Below are positions 25,546 to 32,000 of a stretch of 32,000 nt of DNA, one piece after another; positions within the stretch are counted from its first letter, which is position 1, and each line of letters starts with the position of its first letter. Source of the DNA: Candidatus Saccharimonadota bacterium. GTDB lineage: Bacteria > Bacteroidota > Bacteroidia > Flavobacteriales > Blattabacteriaceae. The stretch covers positions 480,001 to 512,000 of the forward strand of contig NZ_CP059199.1 of assembly GCF_014251775.1 (NCBI RefSeq), given 5' to 3'. The translations under genes were made by a program, and so were the position numbers. Under the pieces are notes generated by a model. It saw only the letters and a program-made list of their open reading frames with translations. It did no database searches and was not told where the DNA came from.

Positions 25546-26800
25546 TTATTTTTTTAAATAAAAGACTAACATTGTGGCCACCAAAACCAAAATTATTACA
25601 AATACTAATTTTTACATTTTTTTTTACCACTTTATTTGTAGTAAGTCTAATTTTAGGATCTATATTTTTATCGAAGTGTACCAAATTAATAGTTGGTGGA
25701 ATTAATCCTTTTTTTATAGATAAAATTGTTGCAACAGACTCAATGGCTCCAGCTGCTCCTAATAAATGACCTGTCATTGATTTAGTGGAATTAATATCTA
25801 TAGAATAAATTTTTTCTTTAAATACTTCCTGAATAGCTTTTATTTCAGCAATATCACCTAATTTTGTAGAGGTACCATGAGAATTAATATAATCTACTTC
25901 TTCATATTTTACTTTTGCATCTTTTACGGCTGATTTCATCGCTAAAATAATCCCTTTTCCTTCTGGATGTGGGGCTGTAACGTGATATGCATCACCAGAC
26001 ATTCCTACCCCCCCTAGTTCTGCATATATATCAGCTCCTCTATTCAAAGCATGAAAATATTCCTCAAGGATAATACTTCCAGCACCTTCTCCTAAAACAA
26101 ATCCATCCCTATCTTTATCAAATGGTTTTGAGGCAGTTTTATAATTTTTGTTTTGTGTAGATAATGCATTTAAAGCATTAAATCCACCTATACCGATTTG
26201 TGTAATTGCGGCTTCAGATCCTCCAGTAATCATTATATCAGCTTTTCCTAAACGAATTAAATGATAAGCATCAGCAATAGCATTAGATGAGGATGCACAA
26301 GAAGATACAGTAGCATAATTTGGTCCATGTAATCCATATTTCATAGAAATAAAACCAGCAGTTGTATCAATAAGCATTTTAGGAATAAAAAAAGGACTAA
26401 ATTTTGGTAAAAATCCACCATTAATATAATCTTGAATAGATTTTTCTAAATTTAATAAACCTCCAATTCCAGAACCCCAAACTACTCCAATTTTATCTTT
26501 TTTTTCTATAGAAAAATCTATTTTACTATTTTTTATAGCTTCTTCAGTAGCAATAAATCCATATTGTGCACATGGATCTAATTTTTTTATTTCTTTTTTG
26601 CTAAAAAAAATTTTTGGATCATAATTTTTTAATTCGCAAGCAAATTTAGTTTTATGTTTTTTAGTATCAAAATAAGTAATCGGATAGGAACCACTTTTTC
26701 CACTAATAAGAGACATCCAATATTCATCAATATTGTTCCCTATAGGAGTAATAGATCCAATTCCAGTAATGACTACTCTTTTTAAACCTATTTTACACAT
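25532..26800 (-). CDS. fabF: 3-oxoacyl-ACP synthase II (KAS II)
   Basis: The ORF-track start at 26821 is a TTG lying 29 nt inside acpP. The ATG at 26800 ([15 protein letters not shown]...) fits the usual FabF N-terminus and overlaps acpP by only 8 nt (ATGTGTAA). Motifs: active-site Cys context VSSCASS, HGTST, and NNFGFGGHN. Confidence 0.9.
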   Translation of the reverse strand: MCKIGLKRVVITGIGSITPIGNNIDEYWMSLISGKSGSYPITYFDTKKHKTKFACELKNYDPKIFFSKKEIKKLDPCAQYGFIATEEAIKNSKIDFSIEKKDKIGVVWGSGIGGLLNLEKSIQDYINGGFLPKFSPFFIPKMLIDTTAGFISMKYGLHGPNYATVSSCASSSNAIADAYHLIRLGKADIMITGGSEAAITQIGIGGFNALNALSTQNKNYKTASKPFDKDRDGFVLGEGAGSIILEEYFHALNRGADIYAELGGVGMSGDAYHVTAPHPEGKGIILAMKSAVKDAKVKYEEVDYINSHGTSTKLGDIAEIKAIQEVFKEKIYSIDINSTKSMTGHLLGAAGAIESVATILSIKKGLIPPTINLVHFDKNIDPKIRLTTNKVVKKNVKISICNNFGFGGHNVSLLFKKINVIK

Positions 26801-27047
26801 TTTTAGATTTTTCTCTAACAATTTTCTCTATGGCATTAGTGGCTTCACCTACTGTTGTTATTTTCTCTGCTACATCATCAGAAATATTAATATTAAATTC
26901 TTTTTCAAATTCCATTATAAGTTCTACTATATCTAATGAATCCGCTCCTAAATCATTTATGAAACTAGCATTAGAGTTAACATCGTTCTTTTCTACACTA
27001 AGTTTATCTATAATGATAGAATTAACTCTAGATGGAATATCTGACAT
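26793..27047 (-). CDS. acpP: acyl carrier protein
   Basis: 84-aa ORF with the phosphopantetheine attachment motif [17 protein letters not shown]. Confidence 0.95.
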   Translation of the reverse strand: MSDIPSRVNSIIIDKLSVEKNDVNSNASFINDLGADSLDIVELIMEFEKEFNINISDDVAEKITTVGEATNAIEKIVREKSKNV

Positions 27048-27126
27048 AATTAAAATTTTTTATTACTCTACAAAAGTAGTAAACTTTTTATATAAAATAT
27101 TTTAAAATATTTATTACAATTAAATT

Positions 27127-27729
27127 TTATATATTTAATTCATAACTATTTTCTAAAAATTTACTAATATATTTTCCAATAATATCAAATTCTATATTGA
27201 CAATATTTCCATTTTTTAAACAATGCATATTAGTATTTTTATAAGTGTAAGGAATAATAGTAACACCAAAAACATCATTTTCACAATAATTTACGGTTAA
27301 ACTTATTCCGTTTATTGCTATAGATCCTTTTTTAACCATATTTGGTGATAATTTTTTTTTAATTCTAAAAAAAAATAAATAATCTCCATTATTATTATAA
27401 ATTTCTACTATTTTTGCTGTAGTATCTACATGACCTTGAACTATATGCCCATCTATTCTACTAGTTAATGAAATACTTCTTTCTATATTAACTTTATCAT
27501 TTACTTTTAAGTAATTCAAATTGGTACATAATAAAGTTTCTTTAGATGCCATTACCGAATAAATATTTTTATAAAAATCTATAATTGTTAAACATATTCC
27601 ATTATGACAAATACTCTGATTAATCCTAATTTTATTAGAAAATGGATTATATAAACTAATATAAAGATTTTTTTTATCATAAAATAATTTATATACTTTT
27701 GTCATGCATTCTATTATTCCAGTAAACAT
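27127..27729 (-). CDS. ribE: riboflavin synthase (alpha chain)
   Basis: 200-aa ORF. N-terminal MFTGIIE, and the internal duplication hallmark GSIAINGISLTV / ICHNGICLT (lumazine-binding repeats). Confidence 0.9.
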   Translation of the reverse strand: MFTGIIECMTKVYKLFYDKKNLYISLYNPFSNKIRINQSICHNGICLTIIDFYKNIYSVMASKETLLCTNLNYLKVNDKVNIERSISLTSRIDGHIVQGHVDTTAKIVEIYNNNGDYLFFFRIKKKLSPNMVKKGSIAINGISLTVNYCENDVFGVTIIPYTYKNTNMHCLKNGNIVNIEFDIIGKYISKFLENSYELNI

Positions 27730-27975
27730 ATCATAATAATTTTTTATAATAGGAATTATGAAAAAAAATACAAAAGAATAATTTACAATTGACTATATAA
27801 AGGTATTTTTAATAAAAAAAAATGATTAATTCTTCTAATTTTATTCAAATCAAAATATTATTTATAATAAATTTTACAAATATATTATTGTTTTAATGTA
27901 AATTAAGCAACTTCTATTAAAGAAATAAATATAATAATGTAATAATAATCCTTTATTTAGAATATTAGAAAAAAA

Positions 27976-28206
27976 TTATAAAAGAATAATAATAAAATTT
28001 TTTTCTACTTTCAATAAACCTTTGTCTATTTTTATTTTAAATTCTTTTTTTTGATTGTGATATTTTATATATCCATTTTTTAAAATGGATATAAATAAAG
28101 TATGATTTTTTAATATTTGAAAATATCCATTAAAACCTGGAGCAATTAAAGAAACAATATATCCTTTGTATAATATTTTTTTAAAATTTAAAATAGTTAA
28201 TTTCAT
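27976..28206 (-). CDS. atpC: F1 ATP synthase epsilon subunit (short form, beta-sandwich domain only)
   Basis: 76-aa ORF 4 nt downstream of atpD. The pattern MKLTILNF.K.LY.G....L.APG..G.FQIL.NH matches the N-terminal domain of epsilon. Confidence 0.75.
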   Translation of the reverse strand: MKLTILNFKKILYKGYIVSLIAPGFNGYFQILKNHTLFISILKNGYIKYHNQKKEFKIKIDKGLLKVEKNFIIILL

Positions 28207-28210
28207 AAAA

Positions 28211-29722
<1,512 letters not shown>

Positions 29723-29780
29723 TTAATTTTAATAATTCAAAATATAATAATTCTTTATTTAATATATATTTGTTTTTATT

Positions 29781-30779
29781 GTGTTTTTAATTAATTACAA
29801 CAATATATATATAGAAAAATCAAAAATTTTGAAAATCTATTCATTCATTGATGAATTTCATTGTTTACATCCATGTGTTTTTACTATTGGAATTTTTGAT
29901 GGAGTTCATATGGGACATCAAAAAATAATAAAAAATTTGATTTCTGAATCAGAAAAAAAATATTGTTCTGTATTATTAACTTTTGTTCCACATCCAAAAG
30001 AAATATTAAATCCATATAAAAAATTTTACTATTTAAACACACTTTATGAAAGAATAAAAAATATCCAAAAATTGGGATTAAATCATTTAATTATTCATCC
30101 ATTTACTGAAAAATTTTCTAAATTAAGTATCAAAGATTTTTTTAAAAAAATTTTTCATTCTAATATTTACATAAAGAAAATTATTATAGGATATGATTTT
30201 CATATAGGAAAAAATAAATATAGCTCTCTTAATACACTAAGATATTTATCCAAAATCTACGGAATTAAAATTTTACAGATTTTACCTTATCAATTAGATA
30301 ATCAAATTATAAGTTCTACTAAAATTCGAAATTCATTAATTTTAGGAGATTTAAATTGGGCAAATAAAGCTTTAGGATATTATTATACATTATCCGGAAA
30401 TATTATAAAAGGTAGAGGAATAGGAAAATTTATTAATTTTCCTACATCTAATATAAAAATTAATACAAATAAATTAATTCCAAAAAAAGGAGTTTATGCA
30501 GTAAAAATTCGTTATAATAATACTATTTATAATGGAATGTTAAATATTGGAATTAATCCAACTATTAACCATAATAAAAAAATTAAAATAGAAACAAATA
30601 TATTTAATTTTCATAAAAATATTTATGGAGAAAAAATTGATATTTTCATCATAAAAATGATCCGTGAAGAAAAAAAATTTAGATCCATTAAAGAATTAAA
30701 AAATCAAATTATTAAAGATGAAATTTATATAAAAAATTTTTTTATTGTCAAAAAATTAAATAATAATAATTTTAAATGA
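29781..30779 (+). CDS. ribF: bifunctional riboflavin kinase / FMN adenylyltransferase
   Basis: ORF-track start is GTG at 29781. An in-frame TTG at 29829 (MKIYSFIDEF...) would give a more typical N-terminus, so the start is unresolved. Motifs: IGIFDGVHMGHQKII (HxGH-type nucleotidyltransferase), SST.IR, and kinase-domain G.GRG..I.FPT.N. Confidence 0.88.
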   Translation: MFLINYNNIYIEKSKILKIYSFIDEFHCLHPCVFTIGIFDGVHMGHQKIIKNLISESEKKYCSVLLTFVPHPKEILNPYKKFYYLNTLYERIKNIQKLGLNHLIIHPFTEKFSKLSIKDFFKKIFHSNIYIKKIIIGYDFHIGKNKYSSLNTLRYLSKIYGIKILQILPYQLDNQIISSTKIRNSLILGDLNWANKALGYYYTLSGNIIKGRGIGKFINFPTSNIKINTNKLIPKKGVYAVKIRYNNTIYNGMLNIGINPTINHNKKIKIETNIFNFHKNIYGEKIDIFIIKMIREEKKFRSIKELKNQIIKDEIYIKNFFIVKKLNNNNFK

Positions 30780-32000
30780 AAAAAATACTAGAAAAAATTT
30801 TTTTTTTAAAAAAAAAAATTTTAGTTTCAAAAGACGATACTACCATTAGAATTATTCGTGAAAAATATAATTGGAATAAAAATATATTGAATAATATTAA
30901 TTTTTTGACAATAAAAAAATTAATTGATACTATTTCTGGATTAAAAAGGATAAATAAATGCGAAACATTATTATCTTTTTTTTCTATTTTAGAAAAAAAA
31001 GATTTTCTAGAAGAAGAACTTAATCTTAATAATTTTATTCAAAATATATTTAAAATATTAAATGATTTTCAAGATATTGATTACAATTTAATCAATAGTA
31101 AACATTTTTTTGAATATCTTATTTCGGAAGAAAGAATATTAAAATGGAATTTTAATCTATCCAATAATAAAAAATTTTTTTTATGGAAAAAAATTCATTT
31201 ATACTATGATAAATTTAGATTTTTTTTATTACAACAAAGAATAGCATATAATGGATTATTATTAAGAGAATGTTTATTTAAAATAAATTCAAATAATTAT
31301 AAAAAAATAATATTTATAATTCCGAAAAATTGTTATTTAAATCAATGGGAAAAATTTTTTTTAGAAAAAATTATTTCTAATAAAAAGGGAATAATTTATG
31401 AATTATTTTCTAATCGAATATTGGTAAACTATGAAACTTCTATTTTTAATAAAAGAAAAATAAATAATTTTAATAAATTAAAAATAATAAATGTCACAAG
31501 AGAAATAGAACAAATAATTTTCATAAAAAATCTAATAAAAAAAAAAATCCAAAAAAAAAACAATACAAAAATTAATAAAATAGCATTAATATTGGGAGAT
31601 GAGAATCTGCTAATTTCCATTGTTAATTCTTTTATAAGAAATTTAAATATTAATATATCATTCAACATTAATTATCCTTTAAAAATTATTCCTATTCATT
31701 ATACTTTTGTTTCCATATTTAAATTATTATTAAATAAATCATTAAAAAAAAGTTTTCAAAAAAATGATATTATAAATTTTTTAACAAATGGATATATAAA
31801 AAAGTTTTTTCTAAAAAAAAAAAAATTATCAAATTTTATAGAAAAAATAAACAACACAAAATCCAATTCTATTTCAAATAGAATCATTAATAATTTTTTA
31901 TTAAATAATAATGTAGAAATTATATTTCAAATACAATTAGATAATACAAAAAAAATTATAAAAAGTTTAATTAGTTTTATTAGAAAATTAAAGTTTTTTT
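30776..32000 (+). CDS. AddB-like PD-(D/E)XK-family nuclease, N-terminal ~408 codons (3' end beyond the window end); highly diverged
   Basis: Absent from the ORF track (open to the window edge). Manual translation from the ATG at 30776 (overlapping the ribF TGA) is stop-free to 32000. It begins MKKILEKIFFLKKKILVSKDDTTIRIIREKYNW... and includes ...KIALILGDENLLISIVNSFIRNLNINISFNINYPLK.... That segment resembles, from memory, the conserved A(L/I)VL.DENLL.P.L.SLP......NIT.GYPLK block of Flavobacteriales PD-(D/E)XK nuclease family (AddB-like) proteins. Confidence 0.5.
   Translation, partial: MKKILEKIFFLKKKILVSKDDTTIRIIREKYNWNKNILNNINFLTIKKLIDTISGLKRINKCETLLSFFSILEKKDFLEEELNLNNFIQNIFKILNDFQDIDYNLINSKHFFEYLISEERILKWNFNLSNNKKFFLWKKIHLYYDKFRFFLLQQRIAYNGLLLRECLFKINSNNYKKIIFIIPKNCYLNQWEKFFLEKIISNKKGIIYELFSNRILVNYETSIFNKRKINNFNKLKIINVTREIEQIIFIKNLIKKKIQKKNNTKINKIALILGDENLLISIVNSFIRNLNINISFNINYPLKIIPIHYTFVSIFKLLLNKSLKKSFQKNDIINFLTNGYIKKFFLKKKKLSNFIEKINNTKSNSISNRIINNFLLNNNVEIIFQIQLDNTKKIIKSLISFIRKLKFF

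Noticed and set aside
27730-27975. Possible FMN riboswitch or other leader upstream of ribE in the 246-bp ribE-atpC spacer (and likewise upstream of ribF at 29705-29828).
   Set aside because: The conserved, relatively G+C-rich FMN (RFN) aptamer core is not visible. The spacers are almost pure A/T with no multi-helix junction that I can trace. The CAAATATA at 27877-27884 (reverse complement of the TAnnTTTG -7 motif) is a plausible chance match. A covariance-model scan would be needed to be sure.
27976-28206. The 76-aa ATP synthase epsilon subunit, read as a truncated pseudogene lacking the C-terminal regulatory helices.
   Set aside because: Bacteroidota epsilon subunits are generally short, from memory. 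The ORF is intact and sits 4 nt after atpD. There are no frameshifted remnants of a helical domain in the downstream spacer that I could read.

Overview
This window is extremely AT-rich (roughly 20% G+C by eye, not computed) and very gene-dense. By my coordinate tally about 93% is coding. I can support 33 protein-coding genes and 2 tRNAs, all core housekeeping. Two of the genes are cut by the window edges and one is a 55-codon tatA missing from the ORF track. Functions covered: translation and RNA (rpmE, rpsO, pnp, rnc, rpoD, a pseudouridine synthase); fatty-acid synthesis (fabH, acpP, fabF); envelope (murF, uppS, probable mevalonate kinase, PpiD-like chaperone, TatA); energy (tpiA, pdhA plus E2, atpDC); and cofactors (ubiE, folP, ribE, ribF, nadK, aroQ). 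Several traits point to a reduced Flavobacteriales (Bacteroidota) obligate insect endosymbiont, Blattabacterium-like: a 287-aa primary sigma factor, a GH3-family protein, DUF1599 next to folP, a GldE-like CNNM/CBS protein, atpDC split from the rest of the atp operon, and pdhA-E2 without E1-beta. I cannot name the species from sequence alone. The genetic code looks standard (TGA terminates several conserved genes, and Trp is TGG). I find no rRNA, CRISPR, transposon, prophage, defence or secondary-metabolite locus, and no convincing undescribed multi-gene system. Five observations are most worth a second look. (1) A 2 x 123-bp near-identical in-frame tandem duplication inside the pyruvate dehydrogenase E2 gene. 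(2) A 672-bp ORF-free gap downstream of uppS, by far the largest non-coding stretch here. (3) A perfect 38-nt palindrome covering the last 12 codons and stop of tpiA, just upstream of a co-oriented tRNA-Arg. (4) Further perfect inverted repeats, one intergenic and two inside CDSs. (5) Retained genes of unknown or signalling function (GH3, DUF1599, CdaA), plus very long homopolymer tracts inside CDSs.
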